The notes below the pieces were generated by a model. That model saw nothing but the letters and a program-made list of their open reading frames with translations. It had not been told where the DNA came from and searched no databases. A stretch of 64,000 nucleotides of DNA, from contig CM075988.1 in NCBI GenBank assembly GCA_038087875.1, forward strand, positions 12,214,001 through 12,278,000, in the 5' to 3' direction. Below, piece after piece: positions 1-11,189 of the stretch. How positions within the stretch are numbered: position 1 is the stretch's first letter; the number at the start of each line of letters is the position of its first letter. The stretch is from Malacoraja senta. Taxonomy: Eukaryota. Position numbers and translations under genes: made by a program.

Positions 1-1192
1 TAAAGAAACATGAACCAGAAATTTGAATGTACAAACATGGATGCAGTAAATGATATAACAAAGGCATGTCTGCAGCCATTTTGGACATGAGTCATTGAAG
101 ACTTCAGCAGTAAAAGCTCCAGCATTTATTTTAGTGGGGAGTGGGTGGTGGGTGAACATATTGCTGTGGGACTGAGGATCTGGGATCCAATTGACTTTGG
201 GTCAGTGATCATATTTAGGAAGCCAGGGATAGGGAAGGATTTGGTTGAAGCCCAAGTGGGTAAGTGGCCAGATAAGTCAGCAGTGGGACTGCGACGAAAG
301 GTTGAAATTGAGGCCTTGGGTGAATAGCTGGGTCGGAGAGATGGCCATTTTTAGGGATGCAGAGGGAGAGTGGTTGACAAGGTCAGACTCTCAGATGTTG
401 TGTGTGGGGAGATGAAGGGATAGAGGAAATCAAAGGCATGAGCTTGTCAGGAAGTCGAGGGATCAATAGCCAGGGAAATTGATACATCAAAGAGGGGGAT
501 AAAAGAATAAAATAATGGTACATAACTTAATGGGTGCCATGAAGACTTTGTTTACAGGAACATCCGTGATGGTCAGTATAGAACAGCAAAGGGAATAATG
601 CCATTGGATATATTTCTAATAAAGAATTATATCAGATGTGCATACAATGTATAGATAGACTATCTGAAGTTATGCAAAATTATGCCATAATGGTCATTAT
701 CATATTTTACTCTATGGTATTTACATTTTCACCCAGAAAGTGTTGAAATAAATAGTGCTAAGCAACCTAATTTCTAAACATTAAATAAAAAATAAAAGTA
801 AATAAAAAATAATACTTGCCTGTGTTACATCTTATTCTTTTTCTTTTTCTTCCCCTCCTATTTTTCCCTACTTCTCTCGTTCATCAGATGAGCTGATCCT
901 AGCCAATATTCTCTGCTAATTCTGGTCCATCTCCAAGACAATGTCTTTGTGATAAAGCTTTTGGTCTTCAGTCAGTACCTCAGCTTGACAGCTCAGTCGG
1001 GTGTTGAAAATCACAAATATAGGATTGCAATCAATCCTTGGTAGTGCACATAAATACATCCATTACAGTATCATCCCCTGGGTGGGATGGCTAACTACAT
1101 TTATTTGGAGTGCATGCCATAGAAGAATACATTTATGAGCTGTGTACTATTTATCCACACAGAAATTGGTCCAATAATGAATGTGAAATTAA

Positions 1193-1412
1193 AAACATAG
1201 AAAATAGGTGCAGAAGTAGGCCATTCGGCCATTTGAGCCATGGATGATCAGCCATTCAATATGAACATGGCTGATCATCCAGAATCAGTACCCTGTTCCT
1301 GCTTTCTCCCCAAATTCCTTGATTCTGTTAGCCCTAAGAGCGATATCTAACTCTCTCTCGAACACATCCAGTGAATTGGCCTCCGCTGCCTTCTGTGGCA
1401 GAGAATTCCACA
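1193..1412 (-). mobile_element. CR1/HER1-type LINE 3' fragment
   Basis: Reverse complement matches the 3' end of the LINE copy at 63257-63673 (LWNSLPQK-coding segment, GGATGATCAGCCATG, CCTATTTTCTATGTTT tail). Confidence 0.85.
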
Positions 1413-1469
1413 GAAATCAGTCATATCTTAAAATATTTGTTGTGTCCTTTAGTACAAGGAACTGTGGGG

Positions 1470-1762
1470 AGGCACATTGGCACAGCGATAGAGTTGCTGC
1501 CTTACAATGCCAGAAACCTGGGTTTGATCCAGACTACGGGTGCTGTCTGTACGGAGTTTGTATGATCTCCGGGTGACTGTGTGGCTTTTTTCCGGATGCT
1601 TTGGCTTCCTCCCACATTCAGCTTTTAGGTTTCAGCTTGCAGGTTTTAAAGTTAATTGGTTTCAATAATTATCCCTCATGAATAGGGGAGAACTAATGCG
1701 CGGGTAATCGCTGTTCGGCGTGGACTATGTGGGCCAAAGGGCCTGTTTCCACGTTGTGTCTC
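1470..1762 (+). mobile_element. tRNA-derived V-SINE (HE1-like)
   Basis: A-box-like TGGCACAGCGATAGA, B-box-like GGTTTGATCC, degenerate V-domain core (TCCGGATGCTTTGGCTTCCTCCCACA), LINE-shared tail GGGCCAAAGGGCCTGTTTCC. Confidence 0.8.
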
Positions 1763-2529
1763 AAAAAACAAGAATTGCAATGCAAATATGTCAGCTGGAT
1801 TTTGTAATCTTGGGCCATAGACAAATCGGTTCTCTGAAACATTGTCCAATGACTGGTCTGCAAGCAATACAAAGCTGAAGCTGGGTAATCATCCAAAGGG
1901 CCAGTTTAATAGTTTGAATTGATGTAATCTTTCATCAAATGGTAGAAAGCAGCTCCCACTGCAATCCATGCCTTTATTTCAGTGATGAACCCCATGCTAC
2001 CAAAGTGCAACAGTATTAGTCCCATGCTTCAAATCTTTATTCTTTCATTTCAATAATTAATTTTTTACTTAGCGATAACCTCTGAAATATTATTCCTCAT
2101 CCTGCAATCTTTCAGTGAATGGGTGCCAAACTAAATGGTTGATCTGCTTTTACTTCAACAAAATATTTTTCTTATGCATTTCTTCAGGATCGATAATGTG
2201 CTCTGCACTAATTGTTTGGGGGAGGGGTGGGGGTGCAAGGTGGTTAATAAGACCAATGTGAGAAACATAGACTCTTCCCCATATTGTAGATGCAATCTGT
2301 ACAAGTGTGGGTTAGGACAGATGCTAACTTACTGTACATATGTGGCTCTGGGGTAATACTCAGTTAAGTCGCAGGTCAAGAGGAAATTCTGACCTGCCTC
2401 GAATGTGGCTTGTATGAAAACTGATACCATCAGCTTTATCTCATGTGGACTTGTAAGACAACCTGTGGCATGAAAAGGACATGAGCATGGTGTTACTTTG
2501 CCCCCAATCTACAGCTAGAACCAATGTTC

Positions 2530-2897
2530 AGCAGCCAATACGACATATATTTACATTACACCGTCAGTACTTTCAGATACATGTCTCTTGGTTGTGAGAG
2601 TCGAGAGCGAGGAGTGCTGTCGAGAGTTCCCCAGCAGAGGGGCCACCTGGTGCGAAGAGCAGACCTGGCAGGGGAGCTTTTGAGAACGAAGGGGATACCC
2701 ACTGAGAATGAAGGACATCCCGGCATGGGGCCATGTGCGGCGGCAGGCAGAAGATAGGACTGATCGGTGAACTTTTGTAACTTTGTCGGCACCAGAAATG
2801 TGGCGACACTTGCGAATTGCCTATGCGAGGTCTGCTGCAGGATTTTACCAGGTGGTATGCAAAACAATTACAATTTCACTGTACCGAGGTACATGGT
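2530..2897 (+). mobile_element. GC-rich non-autonomous retroposon fragment with Rex1-like tail
   Basis: GC-rich body followed by CTTTTGTAACTTTGTC...ATGCAA...TTTCACTGTACC...ACATG, similar to the insert at 32804-33014. Confidence 0.45.
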
Positions 2898-3418
2898 TGT
2901 ATTGGGACGAGAGACTGAATGCTTGGTTAATGAGCAGCCGTAAGAAATAAAGACAGAATTTAAAGAGGGAATTGGATATTGCAGATTCTAGGCAGCTAAT
3001 GCCACAGCTGTTGTGCTGAAGATGAAGGAGCTGAGATGACTGAAGGCTGGCATTTGTGGAGCATGCAGATCGTGGAGGAGAGGCGTGACCTGGATGGGGT
3101 GTGCAAACAAGGAATAGGATTGTAAAATCAAAGTTTTGCCACCCACTGTGCTTTATGCTATTTATTCTTTCAGGTTTTGCATTTTCTTTGAAGTAAGCAT
3201 GCACACAGAGAGGTGAGTCATTTAGGTTTTATTGGATGAGATGTTAATGCCTTGAAACTGACACCAGCCATCTCATGAGAAAAGAGAACACCTGTTCCGA
3301 CTCCCCCTTTATCTCAATATTTAGTGGAAACAGTTCTCTCCTGTACTGTGGTATCAAACTCGACCTGGTATCATGCATCATCTTCCGTTTGGAATCCACA
3401 GCTACTTCACCAACATAG

Positions 3419-3500
3419 GGTTTTGGCCCGAAACGTTGCCTATTTCCTTCGCTCCATAGATGCTGCTGCACCCGCTGAGTTTCTCCAGCATTTTTGTGTA
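3419..3500 (+). mobile_element. Penelope-like terminal (pLTR) mini-insertion with 15-bp TSD
   Basis: GGCCCGAAACGTTG...GATGCTGC...CCCGCTGAGTTTCTCCAGCATTTTTGTGT; flanked by the exact direct repeat ACTTCACCAACATAG at 3404-3418 and 3501-3515. Confidence 0.8.
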
Positions 3501-4447
3501 ACTTCACCAACATAGTCTGATTGTCAATTTGTTACTAAATCAAGGGCTCTCCTACTATTTAATAAATATACTAAATAAAGGCAAACCTGTCCACATAACC
3601 TGTGTTCATTCATGCAATATATTTGCTGATGTCCTATCTTCCAAGACACTCAAAATGTAATTTTAACATTTTGAACATCAAACACATTAACACTTACAGA
3701 AGGCACTTTTTGTTTCACTTCTACAAAGAAGGATTAAAAATTCATTTTGCTACATTTTGAATGGATTTTGAATGAATGTTTCATGCTCTTTCAAGAAAGT
3801 TTGCAGTTACAGTAATGTTTCTGAATTATTTCATTAATTATGGATTTGCCAGCTTGGATATTTGTAGCTTGTACCCATTGCATGATACATTTTTTTTTTT
3901 TATTTTCCAGATAAATTGTCTCTTAGATTTCAATTTGCCTATCTTTCTATTCTTTTGTTCAAAACATCAGCTAATACAGAAATTATTCTTCATTAGACAG
4001 TGCAAGTACATTTGTTTTAACAATCAAGCAATAAAAAAAAGCCCAAATAATGTGCATGTAATTTGGTAGGCTAGGATAAAATAAAATATTGTACATGTTT
4101 GTACATTGAAATGAAAACATTAAAATCTTGGAAAAAAGGTGAAGCAATATTTGTTTAAAATTAACATTTCAGATCAATCAAATTCATTAAAATGGTACTT
4201 ATATTCTCCTGTTAGCAACATTCCCGGTGGATTGTTTTGTTCATTGAAAATTATGAATAATTCATTTGCATTTCCAATTTTTTTAATTTGCTGTCATGTC
4301 CTTTAAGCAAATTTCTTCTTCCAACTCATCTCTCATACCTACATAACTACTTTGTTTACATTTAAGGCACTACTTTCAGATTTAACCACATCATTCTCAA
4401 ATTGTAAAATTGCAGTACCCTACGCTCTCCATTCTGAGGATAACTGA

Positions 4448-6210
4448 AGGGCCTGTCCCACTTAGGCAATTTTTCAGCGGGCTGCCGGCGAGTGTCAAGC
4501 TCGCGGCACTCGCTGAAAAACTGGGAAGTGGAACGGCGAGTGTCAAGAGTGGAACACACACACATCGCAAAGGCGGGGGCCAGGGAAAGTGGGGGAGCGC
4601 TAAGTCCTTTAAAGGGGGGGGGGAGAAGTGGGGGTGGGGGAGAAGTGGGGGTGGGGGGGTGGGGAGAAGGAGTGGAGACACTTTTAAGAAGCCAGATAAC
4701 TTTTAATAAGCCAGAGATGCACAGCTGTGAAGTTTGGCGGGCATTTAACATTATCGGTTGGTTTTCCTTGGTTCTGAAAACTCGTGCTTATGTTTTGTTC
4801 CCCAATGAGTCAATGAAAATGCCTGGTCAGCAAAGGAGATTAACTAAAACTACCTATAATAATAATAATAATGAATTTTATTTACGGGCGCCTTATACCG
4901 AGGTCTCAAGGACACCTTACAGAGATTTATAGGAAACATATAATCAGAATTTAAAAAATAAGTTATAAAGACCAATACACAAATCAGGGACAGAATTCCT
5001 TCCAAAAACACAAGAAATAAAAACAGAAGCACAATTTGAGGAGAGAGAAGCGGCAACGAAACCGCGCCAGCGTCCACTCTCCCCTCCGACCGCCATCTTG
5101 AACACAGACTAACAAATACAATTACAAACAATTACATACAAAAATCATCCCCCCACAGTGATTTCCACTGTGGGGGAAGGCACAATGTCCAGTCCCCAGC
5201 CCCAGTTCACCCCCAAAAAGTCAGGCCAAATGAGGCCCCCGCTGTTGCCTCTACGGAGGCCCGATGATCCTGGCCGTTCTCGCCGGGTGATGTAGCCCCG
5301 GCGTCGGGAGAGTCCTCCAGCAGCTGGGCCACCTGGAACGGCCGCATCCCTCACCGGAGACCGTAACTACGGCTGGAACGGCAGATTTCCCGCAGGCGTC
5401 CGCAGCACCTGAAGCCGACAAGGCCGCGCCGATTTGGAGCTCAAGGCTCCCGGTGTTGGAGTCGGCGCCGCCGCCCGCGGATGGTCGCTCCAGTCCCGCA
5501 GCCCGGAGGTGTTGTGCTCGGCGGTCCAGCTCACCGGAGCTCCAGCGCGTCGGTCCAGCGCGGCGACCCAGGCAAGGCATCGCCCGCTCCGCTGCACAAT
5601 AGCACTCCAGCGCCGTGCCGCCACCGAAGCTGAGGGTGCTGTGCGGCCCCCGCCAGGAAACACCGCTCCACGCCGCTCCACGCCCGCTGGTAGGCCGCGA
5701 GGACGGGTCGACTGGGCAACCGGAGAGAAGGCTGCCTCACCGACCAGGTAGGGACCAGGAAGTGATTTCTCCTTGATCCCCCCACATCAAAGGCAAATAA
5801 AGAAAAAACAGAGACTTAAAGAAAACTAAAAAAACTTGGAAAAAAAGTACAATTAACGGACGGCTGCTGTTTGGCAGCCGTTCCTCAAGATGGCTCTTGA
5901 CCTATGGCTACCTCAACTACCTACAACTACATGACGACCCCACAACCACTGCATCTATGATTATAAAGTATCAATTTTCTCCATGGCGACCATTTTTTGG
6001 TCGCAGAAAATTTTTCAACATGTTGAAAAATTTGCTGCGACCATACTGAGGCCACGACTAGTTCCCAGAATGCGGGAACTGCTCGCGACCATGAAGGAGA
6101 CTCATCAGAGACCACCAGCGAACATGTGACGACCCTGTGGCGAACATGTGGCGACCCTGTGGCGATCATGAGGCGAGCGCAGAGTCTCCTAAAAAGTCGC
6201 CTAAGGCCCT
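4448..6210 (+). mobile_element. PIF/Harbinger-type MITE family A, interrupted by a retroposon
   Basis: Left TIR AGGGCCTGTCCCACTTAGGC; right TIR CCTAA[deletion]GGCCCT followed by TAA. Collinear with the 60690-61491 copy except for the 4858-5899 insertion. Confidence 0.8.
4858..5899 (-). mobile_element. GC-rich non-autonomous retroposon (copy 1, L2-like tail)
   Basis: Minus-strand 3' end CTGTAAGGTGTCCTTGAG...AAGGCGCCCGTAAATAAAATTC(ATT)n; flanked by ACCTAT at 4852-4857 and 5900-5905; absent from the sister MITE copy. Confidence 0.75.
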
Positions 6211-6242
6211 TAAGTCTAACATTCCCAATTAGCCCCATCCAA

Positions 6243-6928
6243 CAGCGGACCTCACTATCAAAACATGGAGGGGACGGGACACAATTTTTTGGTGGCCACG
6301 CGCGCATGCGCACACACACACACGCGCGCGCGAGGCTTCGGAGGCTCAATCCAGCGCTAAATGCAGCTCAACTGCCTGTCTCACCGGGTTAACTACAGCC
6401 CTGGCTGGACTGACGGGATACCAGTGCTGCTTCTCCGCGCTGGCCATATTTCCCGCAAGTCCAGGAAGGGTTGTAAGCTCACCTGGCGGGACAGGCAGAG
6501 TTAGCTGGGTTTAGCGCTGTTTCTCTGCGCTGGCCCGTCTGACTGCCGACCAAAGATCCTATAGCGGAGGATCTTTGCTCCCGACCTCTCCGGCCACCCG
6601 CGGTGGGAGGGTGGGGGGGGCACTCGAATGGGGACGGGACAGCACCGGAGACCCGGCCGGGATGGATCCTGCCTGCGGATGAAGCGCAGGCCTGTGCCAC
6701 GTCTCCCTCCTCCAATCATCGCGCTGAATCATGTCCCGCCTCCATTGCCTGCTGACCGACGTCTCTCTCATCCAATCAGCGCCCTCGATCATCAGTCCCA
6801 CCCCCACTGTCTCGCAAAAAGCGGAGATTTTAAAATCAGGATCACAAAAACTTGGGGGGGATGTCCCCCACCTCCCAAAACATGGAGGGGACGTGTCCCC
6901 TCTGGCCCCCCCGGGTTTTCCGCCCCTG
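6243..6928 (+). mobile_element. Probable hAT-type MITE
   Basis: Right end TCCGCCCCTG, degenerate left end CAGCGGA. AAAACATGGAGGGGACG occurs near both ends. 8-bp flanks CCATCCAA/CCATCTAG match 6/8. Confidence 0.5.
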
Positions 6929-7284
6929 CCATCTAGCTGCACAACATTGAAGCAGGAATGGTCAGTTTTTTACAGGACATGGTATTCCTGTTGAGCTTCT
7001 GCTGTTGGAGTAACTTAAGTCACGCACTGTGATTAAGATCCAAAGACTTTATTAACATTACACCAAAGGTAACTTCATCTCAGCACGTAACTCCATGGGA
7101 GGGAGAAAGGGCAGAGAAGCTTTCTATTAAACAAGTGGGCGTAGCTACAAAGTATGACTGATAACATGACTGACACTGATCTATATCCTCCCAAAGAAAG
7201 GCTGAACTGGCAGCGAAACGTTGTAGTGTTTGTCTTAATGAATCGGTTTGTTAAAGATGCTGATCAGAGGTTGGTGGACAGTTT

Positions 7285-7690
7285 CAACTGTGGCAGCGAA
7301 TTCCACAGATTCACAACTCTCTGGATGAAAAACGTTTGCCTCATCTCAGTCCTAAAGAGCCTACCCCTTATTCTTAAACTCTGTCCCCTCGTTCTGGACT
7401 CCCCCAACATCGGGAACATTTTTCCTGCATCTAGCATGTCCAATCCCTTAAGAATTATATATGATTCTATAAGATCCCCTCTCATCCTAAATTCCAGTGA
7501 ATACAAGCCCAGTCAACCCATTCTATCCTCATATGTCAGTCCCACTATCCAGGAAATTAACCTGGTGAACCTACGCTGCACTCCCTCAATAGCTAGAATG
7601 TCCTTCCTCAAATTAGGAGATGAAAACTGAGCACAATACTCAAGGTGTGGTCTCACCAGGGCCCTGTACAACTGCAGTAGAACCTCTTAT
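7285..7690 (-). mobile_element. CR1/HER1-type LINE ORF2 C-terminal fragment
   Basis: ORF 7264..7506 YSLEFRMRGDLIESYIILKG...SRTRGQSL...FFIQRVVNLWNSLP is the typical CR1 ORF2 C-terminus. Confidence 0.9.
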
Positions 7691-8123
7691 AACCATTACA
7701 GCACGGAAACAGGCCATCTCGGCCCTTCACAGGCTGATGCACTTTCTTGATCATCGCATCAGTATGAAGGGATTAGGTTAGGTTGCTGATGATAAGGATG
7801 CTTAGATGTCTGAAGGCGTTAATCATCTCTTCAGCAGCACCGTTGATGAGGGACAAATAAAGGAATTGCATAAAGGTGTGGCATTAATTGTGATGAGACC
7901 TCTTTGGAATGATGTAGTCTAAATAGGTAGATGTGAAAATCAATTCAAGGTTAATTGGTCACAGAAATAAATGGTAATTTTCAGATACTAAAACCTTGTC
8001 TGCTAATTCCCCAGAGGTGAAACAAGCCCATTAAGGTTAAGAGGAAGAACCAGACAGTATTGACCTTGTTTTTATTTAGTTCCCATGTTGGGAAATGTGA
8101 TGTCACGAATATAACAGGCATCC

Positions 8124-8256
8124 TGTGTAGGAAGGAACTGCAGATGCTGGTTTAAACCGAAGATAGACACAAAAAGCTGGAGTATCTCAGCGGGACAGGC
8201 AGCGTCACTGGAGAGAAGGAATGGGTGGCGTTTCGGGTCGAGACCCTCCTTCAGAT
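8124..8256 (-). mobile_element. Penelope-like pLTR fragment
   Basis: Near-identical to the terminal segment joined to the PLE ORF remnant at 46271-46935. Confidence 0.8.
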
Positions 8257-9096
8257 TCAATCGACGCCTATTGGCCACAAGAGTCTCATGTGCAATTATT
8301 TTATTTTTTTTGCTGGTGATCTTTCTTGATATTAAATTCCTTTCTGTAAATTACTCAAAAATGGGAAGATTCTGGATGCTCGGCCATACATCTTTCTCTT
8401 GTTATGACAAGTAGTGAGCAAGTCTGATATGGCAACGACAACTTTTACCATCAAATCCAATGTAACTCAGACCTCCAGTGAATTGCTTCTTGCACTTTCT
8501 CCATTGTTTGAAGTGAATTTTCAACCCATTGCCTTGAGAAATAATTCATGTTGCAAAGCAAACCTCTTTCTTCTGCTCACTGTTGAATCCAGAATGATGT
8601 TGTATCAGGCTCGGCAAGCTGTAAAATGAAGGAAGATAACAACAGAATATAGGCTGCTGATCAACACTGTGGTGGCAATTGCTTTAGTGCTATGGAGACC
8701 AATTTCATTCCAAAATAGCCACAAAGATTTGATGCCTCCCACTTGCACTCAATGCCACACATGTATTCATTAACATGAAGGGCCCATCAACCAAGCTATT
8801 TGCAGTGAGCATCATCCACATGAAGTTTGGCTGCTCGTAGATTTTCAGTCATTTTGACTTGAATAATTGCTTGGTTTGTTTGCAAATTATTTAATTGTTT
8901 CTGAAGTCTTTGAAAGAATATGTGTCAGTTGCTCAGGGGATTTGTCCTGCCATCAAGACAGGTAGCGCTCACAATTGGATTCTGAAAAGAAAAAAAATAA
9001 TAGCAGATGCAAGCAATCTTAAATAAAAACAGGAAATGAAGGGAATATTCAGCAGGTCCAGGCAGCATCTCTGGACAGAAGAATGGAGTTCATGTT

Positions 9097-9420
9097 TTAG
9101 TTTAGTTTAGTTTAGAGATACAGCGTGGAAACAGGCCCACCGAGTCCGCCCCGACCAGCGATCTCCGCATATTAAAACTATCCTATGCACACTACGGACA
9201 ATTGACATTTATGCAAAGCCAATCAACCTACAAACCTGTACGTCTTTGGAGTGTGTGAAGAACCGAAGATCTCGGAGAAAACCAACGTGATCATGGGGAG
9301 AACGTTGGTAGTCGGGATCTGTAGTCGGGATCATAGTCGGGATCGTAGAACTGTAGTCGGGATCGAACCTGGGACTTTTGCGCTGAAAGCAACTGTACCG
9401 CTGTGCCATCGTGCTGCCAC
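9097..9420 (-). mobile_element. HE1-like V-SINE with internal tandem amplification
   Basis: (TTTAG)n tail, GGAAACAGGCCC, B-box GGTTCGATCC on the minus strand; four copies of TAGTCGGGATC at about 9309-9364. Confidence 0.8.
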
Positions 9421-9686
9421 TGTTGACAACCATCAACATTTGCTCAGGGAGAAAACAAGTGGGTCTCAATTTGTGGAGGGAGTTAGGGGTAGAGAAAACA
9501 AAAGGGAGGAATGTCTGTGGTGGACATGGAGATGGTCTGGGTAATAGAATCATTTTTGGTGGTATCTGACAGAGGGATATTTCTGAAGATCAGTGATGCT
9601 GAGATGACAAACACAGCAGTTGCCAGAAATCTTAAATAAAAGCGAATACTGGAAATAATTAACCAATTGCATAGCATAATCGAGTT

Positions 9687-10555
9687 ATACAATACAATAC
9701 AATACAATATGGTTTTATTCGTCACATTGCACATAAAGTGCAAGTGAAATGAATTTGCCAGCAGCGGTACAATGAAAAAGAACACACAATAAAAATTTAA
9801 CACAAACATCCACCACAGCATTCATCACTGTGGTGGAAGGCACAAAATTTGGCCAGTCCTCCTCCATTTTCCCCCGTGGTCGGGACCTCAACCCTCCGCA
9901 GCCGTCGCTGCGGGCATCCAGATGAGTGAAAGTCCAGGTAAGTCCTGAAAAATGGTGCCTCCCCCACCGGAGACCGCGGCTTCAGGTTGGTGTAGGCCGC
10001 AGGCCGGCGGTCGAAGTTTTAAAGTTCCCGCCGCGCCGCAGCAAGAAGCACCGCAGACCGCAGGGCCGGCGGTCGAAGCTCCCCTCCAGGGGTGATGGTA
10101 AGTCCACGCCGGGCCCGCGGTAGAAGTAGGCCGCGGGCCGGCAGTGGTATCTTCTTCTTCTCCCGGGTCCCCCACGCGGGATCCCTGGGCTGCGGACGCC
10201 GCGCCAGCTGGAGCTCCGCAGACCGCGACTTCAGGCTGCCGCGGGCCAGCGAAACGGAGCGCTCCCCTCCGGCGAGCCCCAGCGAGGACTCGCCCGCTCC
10301 ACGCCGAGAGTCCACGCTGCGCCCGCGGCTGAAGCCCCGGGCGCGTCTCCGGGAAAGGCCATCCGATCCTCGATGTTAGGCCAATGGGGAGCCGACCTGG
10401 AAAATGTCGCCTCTCCGTGGAGGAGGCGACCGAAGCGGTTTCCCCCTTACCCCCCCCACACCACCCCCACACAAGACACACAAAGAAACATTAAAAACAG
10501 ACTTTAAAACATACTAAAAAAATTTAAAAAGCAGAAAAAAACGGACACGCTGCTG
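9687..10555 (-). mobile_element. GC-rich non-autonomous retroposon (copy 2, Rex1-like tail)
   Basis: Minus-strand tail TTCATTTCACTTGCACTTTATGTGCAATGTGACGAATAAA+(TTGTA)n resembles the Rex1 tail at 35208-35259; shares internal hairpins with copy 1. Confidence 0.75.
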
Positions 10556-10567
10556 ACCACATGGTTA

Positions 10568-10705
10568 GACCACATGGAAACAGCCCCTTCGGCCCAACTT
10601 GCACATGCCGACTAAGATGCTCCAACTGCACTTGTCCCAACTGCCTGAGTTTGGCTTATATCCTAAACCTTTCTGATCCATTTACCTGTCCAGATATCGT
10701 TTAAA
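10568..10705 (-). mobile_element. CR1/HER1-type LINE extreme 3' tail
   Basis: CATGGAAACAGCCCCTTCGGCCCAACTTG...GGCTTATATCC matches the reverse complement of the LINE tail at 53160-53300. Confidence 0.7.
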
Positions 10706-10713
10706 TGCTCATA

Positions 10714-11032
10714 AAAATATTTGTTTCTCTCTTTTTCCTCTTTCTCTTTCTCTTTCTTTTCTAGGGTCTATTTATTAACTCTTTTTCTTTTGTTTTTAAT
10801 TTTGTTCTTATAGGGTCTTCGTCCTTTTTTGTTGTCACATTTTCTACACTTTCACTTTTTCCTTCACTTTCTTCTTTCTTTCAATCTTTTCCTTTTCTAG
10901 TGTAAAAAATAAATGGAGTACATTAATTGTAAGAAGACATAAGTGACGAGTACTAATGTATGTGGTTGTAATGTAATGTACTTCTAATAAATAAAAAATT
11001 AAAAAAATAAAATAAAAAAATAAAATAAAAAA
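10714..11032 (+). mobile_element. L1/Tx1-like 3' UTR remnant with poly(A)
   Basis: T-rich body, AATAAA, degenerate poly(A); flanked by AAATGCTCATA (10703-10713) and AAATGCTGATA (11033-11043). Confidence 0.55.
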
Positions 11033-11189
11033 AAATGCTGATAGGTGGAGAGATGGATTTACATGTGGAGAGAGAAAATCTGAGCAAATTGATGACCTTA
11101 GAACAGAAATTCCCACAAAAAATTTAATCCCAATGACCCAAATGTTTTGAAACTATTGCACCTGATTTAATGGTGAGACTTAAAACCTT

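Noticed and set aside
130-500. Possible very old LINE remnant (purine-rich)
   Set aside because: Too degenerate to assign a family or boundaries by eye.
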